A DNA stretch of 64,000 nt from Mobula hypostoma (lineage: Eukaryota), in contig NC_086097.1 of NCBI RefSeq assembly GCF_963921235.1, forward strand, positions 107,944,001-108,008,000, given 5' to 3'. Below are positions 13,238 to 26,055 of this stretch, piece by piece. Numbering within the stretch: position 1 is the stretch's first letter; each line of letters starts with the position of its first letter. Below the pieces are notes generated by a model that did not search any database, was not told the DNA's origin, and saw only the letters and a list, made by a program, of their open reading frames with translations. The translations under genes and the position numbers were made by a program.

Positions 13238-16200
13238 TAAACCCCCCCCCCCCCCGAACCGGCGATACCTCTCCCAATGTCCACAGTCTGGATCAGCCTC
13301 TGTTTGGGAGGTCTGCCCCTGCGCCGCGGTGCCTGAGCCTGGACCGGCTGCGCCAAGTCCACATGGGCCGGTTTGAGTCGGTCCACCGTGAAAACCTCCT
13401 CTCTCCCCCCAATGTCCAGCACGAACGTGGACCCGTTGTTCCTGATCACCTTAAATGGCCCCTCGTAAGGTCACTGTAGCCGTGCCCAGTGTCCGCCCCG
13501 TCGTACAAAAAGAAACTTACAGTTCTACAGGTCGGGCTCTGTCCGCGCTGTGAAGTGGGTATGGGGGCCAGGTTACCAAGCCTCTCCCGTAGTCTGTCCA
13601 GGACTGCTGTGGGTTCTTCCTCTTGCCTCCTTGGGGCTGGTATGAACTCTCCTGGGATGACCAGGGGTGCGCCATACACCAACTCGGCCGACGAGGTGTA
13701 CAGATCTTCCTTGGGCGCCGTGCGGATTCCGAGCAGGACCCAGGGAAGCTCATCCACCCAGTTAGGCCCCTCCAGGCGGGCCATGAGAGCCGATTTCAGG
13801 TGACAGTGGAAACGCTCCACTAGTCCGTTCGACTGTGGGTGGTAGGCAGTTGTGTGGTGTAGCTGTGATCCTAAAAGGCTGGCCACAGCTGACCACAGGC
13901 TGGAGGTGAGCTGGGCGCCCCTGTCGGAGGTAATGTGGGCCGGTACCCCGAAGCGGGCTACCCAGGTTGCGATCAGTGCTCGGGTGCAGGATTTGGAGGT
14001 GGTGTTGGTGAGCGGGACCGCCTCTGGCCATCTGGTGAACCGATCTATCATAGTTAGGAGGTACCACGCTCCTCGCGACACTGGCAGGGGCCCTACGATA
14101 TCCACATGAATGTGGCCGAACCTCCGGCGGGTGGGTTCGAACCGCTGCGGCGGAGCCTTGGTGTGCCGCTGCACCTTGGCCCGTTTGGCACTGCATGCAC
14201 ATTTTGGCCCATTCACTGACCTGTTTACGAAGCCCATGCCACACAAACCTGTTGGCGACCAGCCAGACGGTTGTCCTGATGGAGGGGTGCGCTAAGTTGT
14301 GAATGGACTCGAAAACCTGCCGGCGCCAGGCTGCTGGGACGATGGGGCAGGGTTGGCCGGTAGCTACGTCACGTAGTAGGGTCCTCTCACCTGGGCCTAC
14401 AGGGAGGTCTTGGAGCTGCAAACCGGAGACTGCAGTCCTGTAACTGGGGATCTCAGTGTCTGCCTGCTGTGCCTCTGCCAGCGCTGCATAGTCCACCCCC
14501 TGGGACAGGGCCTGTATGGTAGGTCTGGATAGTGCATCTGCCACGACGTTGTCCTTTCCCGAGACATGCCGGATGTCTGAATGTGCATTCGGAGATGTAG
14601 GACAGATGTCACTGCTGGCGGGACGACCAGGGGTCAGGCACCTTCGTGAACACAAAGGTTTGTGGTCTGTAAACGCGATGAAGGGCCTACCTTTTAAAGA
14701 AGTCCCTGAAATGCCGGATTGCCAGGTATAGTGCCAATAGCTCCCGGTCGAAAGCACTGTATTTGAGTTCGGGTGGTCGTAGGTGTTTGCTGAAGAACGC
14801 CAGGGGTTGCCAGCGACCCTCAATGAGTTGTTCCAGCACTCCACCGACTGCTGTGTTGGATGCGTCCACCGTGAGGGCAGTAGGGACGTCCGTTCTGGGG
14901 TGCACTAGCATCGCGGCGTTTGCCAAGGCTTCTTTGGTTTTAACGAAAGCGGCTGTGGCCTCTTCGTTCTAGGTAATGTCCTTGCCCTTACCCGACATCA
15001 GAGTGAACAGGGGGCGCATGGTTCGGGCTGCTGAGGGGAGGAAACGGTGGTAGAAATTCACCATACCCACGAATTCTTGCAGGCCTTTGACTGTGTTGGG
15101 TCGGGGGAAGTGGCAGACCGTGTCTACCTTGGCAGGCAGAGGAATTGCCCTGTCTTTAGTAACCCTGTAGCCCAGGAAGTCGATGGTGTCGAGTCCGAAC
15201 TGGCATTTGGCCGGGTTGATTGTAAGGCCGAATTCGCTCAGGCGGGAGTAGAGCTGGTGGAGGTGGGGCAGATGCTCTTGACGACTACTGCTGGCTATGA
15301 GGATGTCGTCCAAATAGATGAATGCAAAGTCCAGGTCGCGTCCCACCACATCCATTAGCCGCTGGAAAGTCTGTGCGGCATTCTTCAGACCAAACTGCAT
15401 TCGGAGGAATTCAAAAAGTCCAAACGGGGTGATGAGTGCTGTTTTGGGGATGTTGTCCAGATGTACCGGGATTTGATGGTATCCCCGGACGAGGTCTACC
15501 GTGGAAAAGATGCTTGCCCTGTGTAGGTTTGCTGCAAAATCTTAAATGTGTGGCACAGGGTAGTGGTCTGGCGTTGTAGCCTCATTCAGTCTGCGGTAGT
15601 CACCGCATGGTCTCCAGCCCCCCGTTGCCTTGGGCACCATGTGTATGGGGGAGGCCCATGGGCTGTCGGACCATCGTATGATCCCCAATTCCTCCATCTT
15701 CTTGAACTTCGGAGCTTGTCCGGGGGAAGCCTTCGAGCACGGGCGTGGAGGGGTGGTCCCTGGGTCGGGATGCGGTGCTGTACTCCGTGTCTGGGCATGG
15801 CTGCCATGAACTGCGGTGTCAGTACTGATGGGAAATCTGCCAGGACCCTGGTGAATTCGTCGTCGGACAGCGTGATGGAGTCCAGGTGTGGGGCTGGCAA
15901 CTTTGTTTCACCCAGGGAGAACGTTTGAAAAGTCTTGGCGTGGACTAATCGCTTCCCTTGCAGGTCGACCAGCAGGCTGTGGGCTCGTAGAAAATCTGCC
16001 CCCAGGAGTGGTTGGGCTACAGCGGCCAGTGTGAAGTTCCACGTGAACCGGCTGCAGCTGAACTGTAGACGCACCGTGCGGGGGCCGTAGGTTCGTATTG
16101 TGCTGCCATTTGCGGCCCTCAGGGTGGGTCCGGGTTCTCTGTTGCGGGTGTCGTAACTCGTTGGGGGTAAAACGCTGATCTCCGCTCTGGTGTCGATCAA

Positions 16201-16934
16201 AAATCGGCGTCCCGACTGCTTGTCCCAGACGTACAGGAGGCTGTCCTGATGGCCAGCCACTGTAGCGATCAGCGGCAGCTGGGCCTTAGTATTTCCCGGG
16301 AATTTGCAGAGTGGTCTACAACAGCGGGCCTCTGTGCCCCACCGCTGGTGGTAGAAGCACCATTGTTCGTTGGGCTCTGCTGCCGGGCCTGGTCTGGTCT
16401 GTCGTTGGGCACGCAGCTTGGTGATCCGTGCGACGGCTGCCCCTCTCTCCTTCTTGGCATTCCACAACACATCTGCTCGGGCCGCCACCTCCCGGGGGTC
16501 GCTGAAATCTGCGTCGGACAGCAGCAGGCCTATGTCCTCGGGCAGTTGCTCTAGGAACGCCTGCTCAAACATGAGACAGGGTTTCCTTCAGCCAGGGCCA
16601 GCATCTCGTTCATTAATGCTGACGGCGGCCTGTCTCCCAAACCCTCCAGGTGCATTAAGCGGCGTGCTCGTTCGCGCCGTGAGAGTCCGAAAGTCCTTAT
16701 GAGCAGAACTTTGAATGCTGTGTATTTGCCGTTCTCCGGGGGGCGACTGTATAAACTCCTCAACTTGTGCAGCAGTCTCTTGGTCGAGGGAGCTCAGCAC
16801 GTAGTAGTAACGAGTGGACTCCGAGGTTATCTGCCCAATGTGGAATTGTGCTTCTGCCTGTTCAAACCACAGACGGGCTCTGAGTGGCCAAAAGCTTCGG
16901 TGTCGGTCATCTCTGGCCCAAATATTGTTTGGGC

Positions 16935-16948
16935 CATCGGGATCACCA
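16935..16948 (-). promoter_or_regulatory. Primer-binding site, tRNA-Trp type
   Basis: TGGTGATCCCGATG, 2 nt from the 5' LTR; two mismatches to TGGTGACCCCGACG, the complement of the tRNA-Trp 3' end. Confidence 0.8.
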
Positions 16949-16950
16949 AA

Positions 16951-17237
16951 TGTAGCGGTGTGCTACACACAGCGCTATAATAACCACACGGAGTCGGTGA
17001 GTTGGAGTTGCGATAAAAAGATTTATTCAAACTTCGCGGCCTGCTTTAAAGCCTTCCCGTTCCCGCCCTCCCTGGGGCGGAACTGCTGTGGGGAATGCAT
17101 ATTCCCAGACCCTTTCCGCACGCGGGATTCTCCCCCTGCTGGTGAAGATGGCCTGGCGCCCTTTTTGGGGCCAGCCCTCTACCTGCGCGCGCTGTTTCGT
17201 GAGCCGGTTCGTGTGTGCTAGAAAATGGGTCGCCACA
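16951..17237 (-). repeat. Gypsy 5' LTR (287 bp)
   Basis: Direct repeat of 12958-13237, followed on the element strand by the primer-binding site. Confidence 0.95.
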
Positions 17238-17707
17238 ACACAATGAAACTTACAGCAGCTTCTAGAGTACACTCTTTGATGCAAAAGCCTCAGGCTAAGC
17301 ACTACAGACCTCACCACCACTGTTTAGTCTTTTCAAATTCCTGTCAATCCTTAAACTTTGCTATCTGATGATGAAGTAATGCTGAAATCAACTATCCCTT
17401 GGTTGTAATGGGATTGATATGTCAATCACTGAATAAATATATTGATATATAACATCAAATGCACTGTCATTACATGCTCTTTGTTACCCCCACATAAAAT
17501 TCAATTAAGTTTGTCACATTTAACAAATCCATGTTGAACATCCTCAGCTAACATCTGCCTCCCTAAATGCTGATTTACGTAAGAATTTTCCCAACAATTG
17601 TCCCTCTACTAATGACAGATCTGCACTATTGTTCTACTAATTTTTCCCTTTTTTAAAACTATCTTAAATTTCCCAATGTCTTTTCTCTGCTTATAGTGTC
17701 ATAGGGA

Positions 17708-18185
17708 AATAGAAAAGTACAGCACAGAAACAAGCCTTGGGCCCATCTAGTCTGTGGCAAACCATTTAACCGCTTACTCCCATCGCTGTACATGGGGATT
17801 GCAGCCCTCCATACCCCTGCTATTCATGCACCCATCCAAACTTCTCTTAAATGTTGAAATCGAGCTTGCAAGAATCACTTTTGCTGGCAGCTTGATCCAC
17901 GCTCTCACAACCCTCCAGGGAAGAAGTATCCCCTCATGTTCCCCTTAAACTTTTCAACTTTCCGCCTTAACCCATGACCTCTGGTCGTAGTCCCACCCAA
18001 ACTCAGTGGAAAAAGCCTGCTTGAATTATACCCCTCATAATTTTGTATATCTCTATCAAATCTCCTCCCAATCTTCTATGTTCCAACGAATAAAGTCCTA
18101 ACCTATTCAATCTTCTCTCCAGACCCAGCAACATCTTTGTAAATTTTCTCTGTACTCTTTCAACCTTATTTATATCTTTCCTGTA
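17708..18185 (-). mobile_element. CR1 3' fragment
   Basis: Degraded relative of the CR1 3' end at 45372-45900 (tacagcacagaaaca.gcc ... aaaagcctgcttg). Confidence 0.75.
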
Positions 18186-18261
18186 CTATCATTACTGTAT
18201 GCATTATCATTTCTAATATTTCACAGTATTTCTCTACTATTTCACAGTAAATGCTTGTATC

Positions 18262-18650
18262 AAGCCTGTATTCACTGGAGTTTAGAAGAATGAGGAGAGA
18301 ATCTCATTGAAACCTATCAAATATTGAAAGGCCGAGATAGAATGAATGTAGAAAGGATGTTTCCAATACTGTGGGTATCTAGGACCTGAGGGCACAACCT
18401 CAGAATACAAGGATGTCTCTTCAGAACAGGAATAAGGAAGAATTTCATGAGCCAGAGGGTGATGAATCCGTAGAACTCATTGGCACAGACAGAGGCCAAG
18501 TCATTAGGTATATTTAAAGTGGACGTTGATCGGTTCTTGATGAGCAAGGGCATCAAAACTTGGGGTTGAGACGGATAATCAGCCATGATTGAATGACTGA
18601 GCAGCCTCAACAGGCCAAATGACCCAATTCTGCTCCTATGTCTTATGGCC
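18262..18650 (+). mobile_element. CR1 3' fragment
   Basis: LYSLEFRRMR coding remnant and a 3' UTR ending tctgctcctatgtcttatgg. Confidence 0.8.
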
Positions 18651-18746
18651 CTATCTGTAGAGAGAGCATGCAAACCCTAGTTTTCCACTGTCTATCTGTA
18701 CACATGACAATAATAAACCTATTATCAATGACCTTCCAGTCTAGAT

Positions 18747-18818
18747 CAACGTGGGGTCCACAGACTCCTCAGTTACTGGTAAGGGCCCATGGCATAAAAA
18801 AAATGTTGGGAACCCCTG
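18747..18818 (+). mobile_element. 72-bp hAT-Charlie MITE
   Basis: 8-bp TSD GTCTAGAT at 18739-18746 and 18819-18826. Right TIR gttgggaacccctg; left TIR partly deleted. Confidence 0.85.
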
Positions 18819-18829
18819 GTCTAGATTAA

Positions 18830-19820
18830 TGATCCAAACCCAAAACGTCAACTGCTTTATTTCCTTCCAAAGATGCTGAGTTCCTCCAGCAATTTGCCTT
18901 TTGCCCCAGTGAATCTTAGCCCTTGAAAATGTCCATCTCGCAGATACAATGCTGTCAATGGCATGAACATCAATTTCTCGAACTTCCAGTAATAACCCCA
19001 CCCACTTTCTCACCATTCCCCATTCCTGTTCCCCTCTCTCACCTCATCTCCTTACTTACCCATCACCTCATTCTGGTGCTCCTTCCCTTTCCCTTTCTTC
19101 CATGATCTTCTACCCTCTCCTATCAGATTCCCCATTCTCTAGCTCTTTATCTCTTTTTCCCATCAACTTTCCAGTTCCTTAACTTCATCCCCCACCCCTG
19201 GTTTCACCTATCACCTACTACCTTGTACTTCTTCCTCCTCTCACCCCACCTTCTTACTCTTGACTTCTCATCTCTTTTTGCCAATCCAGATCCAGATGAA
19301 GGGTCTCATCCTGAAATGTCGACTGTTTACTGTTTTCTAATAGATGCTACCGCCTGCTGTTCCTCCAACATTTTGTGAGTGTTACTATGTTTTTATCAGA
19401 TCTAACTCCATATATTCTTTTCAATTCTACTTCCCATTCCCATATGTCAGTCCCTGGCCACCTCTATTGCGGAGATGAGGACCACTGAGATTGGAAGAGC
19501 AACACCCTTATATTCCATCTGGGTAGCCTCCAACCTGATGGCAAGTTCGAGAAACTTCTGGTAATTGCCCCCCTTCACCATTCTCCATTCCTGTTTCCCT
19601 CTCACTGTATCTCATTACCTGCCTTGGTGCTCCTCCTCCTTCCCTTTCTTCCATGGTCTTTGATCCTCTTCTATCAGATTCCCCCTTCTCCAGTCCTATG
19701 TCCCTTTCACCATTCAACTTCCCAGTTCTTTACTTCCCCCCTTCCCCCTCCTCCCCGTTTCACCTATCATTTGCCACCTTGTACTTCTTCCTCCCCTCAC
19801 CTTCTTATTCCGACTTCTCA
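18830..19820 (+). mobile_element. Cluster of degraded Penelope-like 3' ends
   Basis: LEEQH.IFHLGSLQPDG remnant at 19490-19541, pyrimidine-rich UTRs and gatgaagggtctc..cctgaaatgtcgactg termini like those at 44400-44887. Confidence 0.75.
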
Positions 19821-19979
19821 GAGTGTTACTTGCAATACTGATCCCGTAGCAGCCACCTGCAACCAGCTCTGTCCTTCACTCACATCACAATCTAATTACT
19901 GACATCCAGGTAGATCCCAACCAGCTGAAATCAGTGCACAAATCTCCCCCATCAAGCTAGCAGTCACTCCCAAACGTAC

Positions 19980-20056
19980 CTGGGTTATGAGGGACACGTC
20001 CTTTTGAATCGAGAGCCATACATCAGAAGACATACCAGTGGGAGCATCAAATATTA
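19980..20056 (-). CDS. Host gene coding exon C (77 nt, phase 1 to 0)
   Basis: Acceptor tatctactccctag and donor CAG|gtacgt. Translates (V)IFDAPTGMSSDVWLSIQKDVSLITQ, the strand and loop at the position of the oxyanion-hole motif. Confidence 0.9.
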
Positions 20057-21034
20057 CTAGGGAGTAGATAGATATTTTAAGTTAGGTGGTAGATTGGATT
20101 TCAAACTAACCCATATTTAGTTCTGAGCTTTCATAACGAACAAACATTTCTATTTTTAAGATTCCAAATGCATTTTATAAAGAAAAGTCATCTAGTTGAA
20201 AAGGATGGTAGGACATTAAAGGAAAATCATTCAAGTGCATTTGAGAAAGGACGAGAATAGTCAGAAATTCAGTTGTATTAAATTAAGCATTTGTTGCATA
20301 GAATTAGCTTCAAGTATTAAATAAAAAAGAGCACTTTAATTCAAGCTCACCAAACTTTGTGCATTGCACTTCTCCACAAAATTCAATTTAAAGCAGCAAG
20401 TTTCATTTTCAAACTTTTAAATCAACACTTGTAACAAAGGAACAGATTTGAAGCATCTGCAGAACCTCTTGTGTTTACAATCCAGGAAATTACTAGAAAA
20501 TCTCACAAATTGTTCTGCAATCTAAACGACACCAAACTATTCAACATAAAATCAGTTCAGGCAGTGTGAAAGTGCATTCTCTGTACCTTTCTCCTGACTC
20601 CAGACGAGGCCTCATTTCCTAACATTCTGCACTTCTCATCGTGAAAGCTTGCTGAAAGCTCTGTTCTCTAAAAGATGCCTCCTAATCACAAGATGATGGA
20701 AACCTAGTAAAGCCTGAAGAATCAGGACTACTCAATGAGTGCAACACAAGATAAGGGCATTCAGCCTGGTTTGCAGAGGCTCTTTCAAAAAGCAATTCAG
20801 ACTATCACATTCTTCCCAAATATTTCTTCCTCTTCATTTTAAAACGCTTATTCAATACCCTTTAAAATGCTCTAACTTACAGCCCATAATTTCAAATCAT
20901 AATGTGTGCTGCATTAAAAATATTTATCAATATCATTGTTCCTTTTGTTCATCAACCAGTCACCTCGAACAAGTCACCTTAAACCAGTCACCTTCATCCA
21001 TTCGAAACAGTTTCTCATTACTTATTCCATGAAC

Positions 21035-21525
21035 AAAAGTTCAAAGTAAATTTTATTACCAAAGTACACTTATGTCATCATATACAACCCTGAGCATACT
21101 CAACAAATCTCTAGAATAATAACGATAACAGAATCAATGTAAGACCGCCCAACTGGGACATTCAGCCAGAGTGCAGAAGACAACAAACTACACAAATACA
21201 AAATGAAGAAACAATAATAATAAATAAATAAGCAATAAATTTTGAGAACATGAAATGAAAAGTCCTTGAAAATGAGTCCATAAGTTGTGGGAACATTTCA
21301 ATGATGAGGCAAGGGAAATAGGGTGAAGTTATCCCCTTTAATTCAAGAGACTGATGGGTGGGAAGCAGTAACTATTCCTGAACCCGGTGGTGCAAGTCCT
21401 TCTTCCTGACGGCAGCAGCAAGAACAGAGCATGTCCTGGGTGGTCGACGCTGTTTTCCTGCAACCGCGTTTTATATAGATGCACTCAATGGTTGGGAGGG
21501 TTTCAGCCGTGATGGACTGGACCAT
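21035..21525 (-). mobile_element. Rex1/L2-type LINE 3' fragment
   Basis: LPTIECIY remnant and tail aataaaatttactttgaac on the minus strand. Confidence 0.65.
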
Positions 21526-21529
21526 TGAC

Positions 21530-22205
21530 CATGACCTGTTGAACTTTTGGTCAAAAGTACATGCTTAGATGAACTCTTCAAATGACAGGTAGTTTGGTAA
21601 CGTCCAGCTGACTGGGAAGCCCTGTGGTAACAGGGCCAGACCTATCCCTTACAACACTGGGGCAGATAAAACTTCAGCAGGCAGTGCCACTCGGTGTCAA
21701 TGTGCTTTGGAAACACACACAACCTGATGCAGCCACGAGTGAAGATGGTCATCAGGATGGGGCAACATTGCCTCCATTCTCTGGGGATTTGTACCATTAA
21801 GACTTACCCCCCTCCTGAAACCGTTAAGACTTACCCCCATCCTGGACTCCCAGATGAACTGGGAGATGGATTGGGTAGTTACAAAAGCAGAACACCAGGG
21901 GATGGACCACACTTGTGATAAGTACAGTAGCCCTGCGAGCACATAGTACTCCCAGTTATTGAGAGAGAGCAGCATTTCCACAGCCCCAATTTTTGTTTGC
22001 CATTTCCGATCCACTCCAGCCAATTCCTGTTATATGCCTCAGCACCTCCGAACCAGATTGCCAACACCTCCAAGTGGTCAGACCTGACAGTGAAGGGGAG
22101 ATTGGATCGGTTGGGCCAATGACCAAAGAGCATGACCTTGCTCTTACTGTGATTGACACTGGCTTCTGAAGCCAACCAGATGAGTTGATTCAAAGACCAT
22201 TCCCA
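21530..22205 (-). mobile_element. Tx1-clade LINE ORF2 fragment
   Basis: ASEASVNHSKSKVMLFGHWP...LEVLAIWFGG...KQKLGLW..SLSITG, a post-RT segment typical of Tx1/L1-clade ORF2; frameshifted. Confidence 0.7.
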
Positions 22206-22608
22206 CCGCCAATGAGGAGGAAACATGGCAAATTATATGCCAAATGCAAGGTGAAGAATTTGCTGTCACCTTCAGACAGAAATGTAACATGAACAATTGC
22301 CACCAGTCTTTACAATCAAATACACACTATTTCATATTTGGTAAGGGAAGTCACCATGGATAGAAGCTAAGCAGCTAGATAAATTCTATGGCAATGAATA
22401 CTAAGGTATCTAGATTATTACTGCATCAATGCCTACAGGAGCAGGTCAGAAGGTGAAAACCCTATGAAAAATGCTAAATTCCTGCTTTTCCAAAACTCTT
22501 CCATAACTTAAAATTTCACAAGACAGAAGTGGGTTTGAATGCTCTCCACTGTCATTTGCAAGGATGAGCACAGCTCCAAAAACACTCATCAATATTCAGA
22601 CCAAGAAA

Positions 22609-25200
22609 GACCACAAGACATAGGAGCAGAATTAGGCCACTTGGCCCATTGAGTCTGCTCTGCTATTTCATCATGACTGATTCTGCCTTCTCCCTGTAAC
22701 TTTTGACACCCTTACTAATCAAAAACCTATCAACCTCTACAATGAATATATCAATGACCTCCACCCCCATCCATAGCAAAGAATTCCACAGATTCACCAA
22801 TCTTTGGCTAAAGAAATTCCTCATCTCTGTTTTAAACTGGGCATCCCTCTATTCAGAGACTGTGCCCTCTGGTCCTAGACTCCCCCACTATAGGAAACAT
22901 CCACTCTATCTAGGCCTTTTTGTATTTGATAGATTTCAATGAGATCCCTTATTCTTCTAAACTCCAGTGAGTACAGGCCCGGAGCCATCAAATGCTCCTC
23001 ATACATTAACCCTTTCATTCCCAGAATTCTTCTCTTGAACCTCCCTCCTCTGGACCCTCGCCAATGCCAGCACATCTTTTCTTAGATAAAAGGCCCCAAA
23101 CTGCTCACAATACTCCAAATGCTGTCTGGGCAATGCCTTATAAAGCCTCAGCATTACATTCTTGCTCTTATATTCTAGTCCTCTTGAAATGACTGCATTC
23201 GCCTAACACAATTTACCACTAACTCAACATGCAAGGCAACCTTTAGTGAATCCTGCATGAGGACTCCTGAGTCCTTTTGCACCTCTGATTATTAAATTTT
23301 CTCCCCATTTAGAAAATAGTCTACATCTTTATTCCTTCTACCAAAGTCCATGACCATACATTTCCCAACACTATATTCCATCTGCCACTTTCCCCCCCAT
23401 TCGGGTTCACTACATAACACCCAATCCAGAATTATCTTTCCCCGAATGGGCTCAACCACAAGCTGCTCTAAAAAGCAATCTACAAATTGCATCTCAGAGG
23501 ATCCAGCAGCAACCTAGTTTCCCCAATCTACCTGCATATTGAAATTCCCCCATGATTATCACAACATTTCCTTTTTCACATAATTTTTTCATCTCCCGTT
23601 GTAATTTATATCCCACATACTGGCGACTGTTCAGAGGCCAGTAAATAACTCCCATCACAGTCTTTTTACCCTTGCAGTTTCTTATCTCTACCCACAATCT
23701 TCCAATCTGATGTCACTTCTTTCTATGGATTTGATTTCATGTTTTACCAACAGAGTCACACCACCACCTCTGCTACCTGCCTGTCCTTTCGATATAATAT
23801 GTATTCTTGGATGTTAAGCTCCCAACTATGATTTTCTTTCAGCCACAACTCAGTGATACCCATAACATCACATTTACCAACCTCTAAATGCACAAGATCA
23901 TCTACCTTATTCCATATACCACATTCAAATATAGCAGCATCAGTCCTGTATTCATTGCCCGTTTTGAGTTTGCCTCCATGTTACACCTCAACTCATCCGA
24001 CTGACTGTGATTTTGCCCATCTGCCTGTCCTTCCTCACAGTCTCACTAGACAATGCATTGACTTGTAAACCAACTGCCCCATCCTCAGCCCTTTCACTTG
24101 GTTTCCCAGCCCCCTGCCAAATTAGGTTAAACTCCCTCCAACAGCTCCCACAAATCTGCCCGCAAGGATATTGGTCCCCCTTAGATTCGGGTGTAAACCG
24201 TCCTCGTTGTACAGATCACACTTACCCCAGCAGAGATCCCAATGATCCAGAAATCTGAAACCCTGCCCCCTGTGCCACTCCCTCAGCCACTCATTCGCCT
24301 GTACTGTCATCCTATCCCTGCTCTGACTAGCAAGTGGTACTGGACGTAATCCACAAACTACTACCACGGAGATCCTGTCTTCAGCCCCCTCCCCTAACTC
24401 CCTGTACTCACTGTAGAGAACCTCTTCCCCCTTCTCTACCTATGTCATTGGGCTGCTCACTTTCCTTTTTCAGCATCTTCTGCAGCCACTCTGAGACATC
24501 CTGGACCCTCACACTTGGGAGGCAACACATCATCCTGGCTTCTCTTTCGTGGCCACAGAATTCCCTGCCCATCCCTGTAACTATTGAGTTTCCCATCACC
24601 ATTACACTACCTGACTTTACCCTTCCCTAGTAAGCCTCTGAAACTGGCCTGGCTGCTTCTGCAGTGCCCTATGTCACTCTCCCCCCAGCAGCATCCAAAG
24701 GGGTTTATTTGTTGCTGAGGGGAATAGTCACAGGGGAACCCTGCACTGACTGCTTACTCCCCTTTACTTCCCTGGTGGCCACCCATCTACTATTTGAAGC
24801 CTGCACTCTGGGTGTGACCATCTCAGTGATGAGCTTTTCATTCTCCAGGACGATCCCCAGTACATCCAGCTCCAACTCCTTAACCTGGTCAGTCAGGAGC
24901 TGAAGTTGGGTGCACTTCCTACAGATGCAGTCATTAGGTTCACCGTTAGGAACCCTGAAATCCCACATATCACAGGAAAAAACATACCATTATATGAATT
25001 ATCACCTATCACCTCTATCTTTGCCAGCTTAAGTTTTAGCCTGCACCTGTACTCACCCAAGCCTGTTAAGCCTGTCCACTCGAACATGGCCTGTGGCCCT
25101 GCCAAGTGTCTAAAACGTTATGATGATGCAGTCCACCGAAAAGTTCCAAAAAGGCCCCAAGCTCTTTTTAAATCTCGCGCTGCCTCACCAACAAACAACC
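22609..25200 (-). mobile_element. Degraded CR1 with ORF1 and an internally deleted ORF2
   Basis: ORF1 zinc finger (CICRKCTQLQLL) and SGNH-esterase-like segment (VMGNSIV...CCLPSVRVQDVSE, DGLHPN); endonuclease remnants; RT C-terminus and 3' tail. Confidence 0.85.
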
Positions 25201-25604
25201 ATTTGCGATGACTGCAGCCCGCAGCAACCAGCTCGATTGGCTCACACCTACCAAGATTGTTGCATCATGGCTGAAGAATAGGATCTACAAAATGCGGTGA
25301 AACTTTCCACATTAAATCCAGCCCACTGGCACGTTCCTGCAGCTGGAACTTTCTTCCTCATTACCAACTGCACTATGAATTTTGGTATCATTCACAAACT
25401 TTTTAATTGTAGCCCTCACTTAATTGAACCAATTTAAATTAACTGCAAAAAGCAAGGGGCTAGTACTGAGACCGCACCCCCCCCCAGTCACACAACCCCA
25501 TAGTCATTAAATCATCATCTTGTGACTGAACCAATATTAAATCCAACCTGTCTTTTTCCCCAGGAAAATACTTTCTTGATCAATCTCCCAGATCCTCAAC
25601 ACCT

Positions 25605-26055
25605 CATACTGTATGCCATCTGGTTAGCTTCCAACCTGATGGCATGAAAACCAATTTCTCTAACTTCCCCCTGCTCCTTCTCTCTTTTTGCATTCACCGT
25701 TCCGGCTCCCTTCCAACCTCTTTTTTAACTCCTCACTTGCCCATCACACTCCTGTGGTGCCCCTTCTTCTTCTTTCTTCCATGGTCCACTCTCCCCTATC
25801 AGATTCCTTTACCTTTTCCAGCTATCACCTCCCTGCTTCTCACTTCATTCCGCACCCCCCCCTCCACCCAGCCACCTTCCACTGCACCTAGTTTCAACTA
25901 TCACTTGCCACCTTGTACTCCTTCCCCTCCTACCACCAGCTTATTTGGACATTTTCCCTCTTCTTTTCCAGTCCTACAGAAGAGTCTCAGCCTGAAACAT
26001 CGACTGTTTATTCCACTAACTAACCTGCTAAGCTTCTCCAACATTGTGTGTGTGA
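25605..26055 (+). mobile_element. Penelope-like 3' fragment
   Basis: ttccaacctgatggcatgaa..caatttctctaacttc, a pyrimidine-rich UTR and the terminus gtctcagcctgaaacatcgactg. Confidence 0.75.

Larger units (their letters stand above)
12958..17237 (-). mobile_element. Full-length Ty3/Gypsy LTR retrotransposon (CsRn1-like), frameshifted
   Basis: Two TG...CA LTRs and a 4-bp TSD ACAC (12954-12957, 17238-17241). Domain order is gag, protease (FLIDTRA), RT (MQFGLKNA, YLDDIL), RNase H (VDAS, DRELLA, TDHKPL), integrase (HVDIVGPLP, SDRG, NGLVERFH). Confidence 0.97.
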
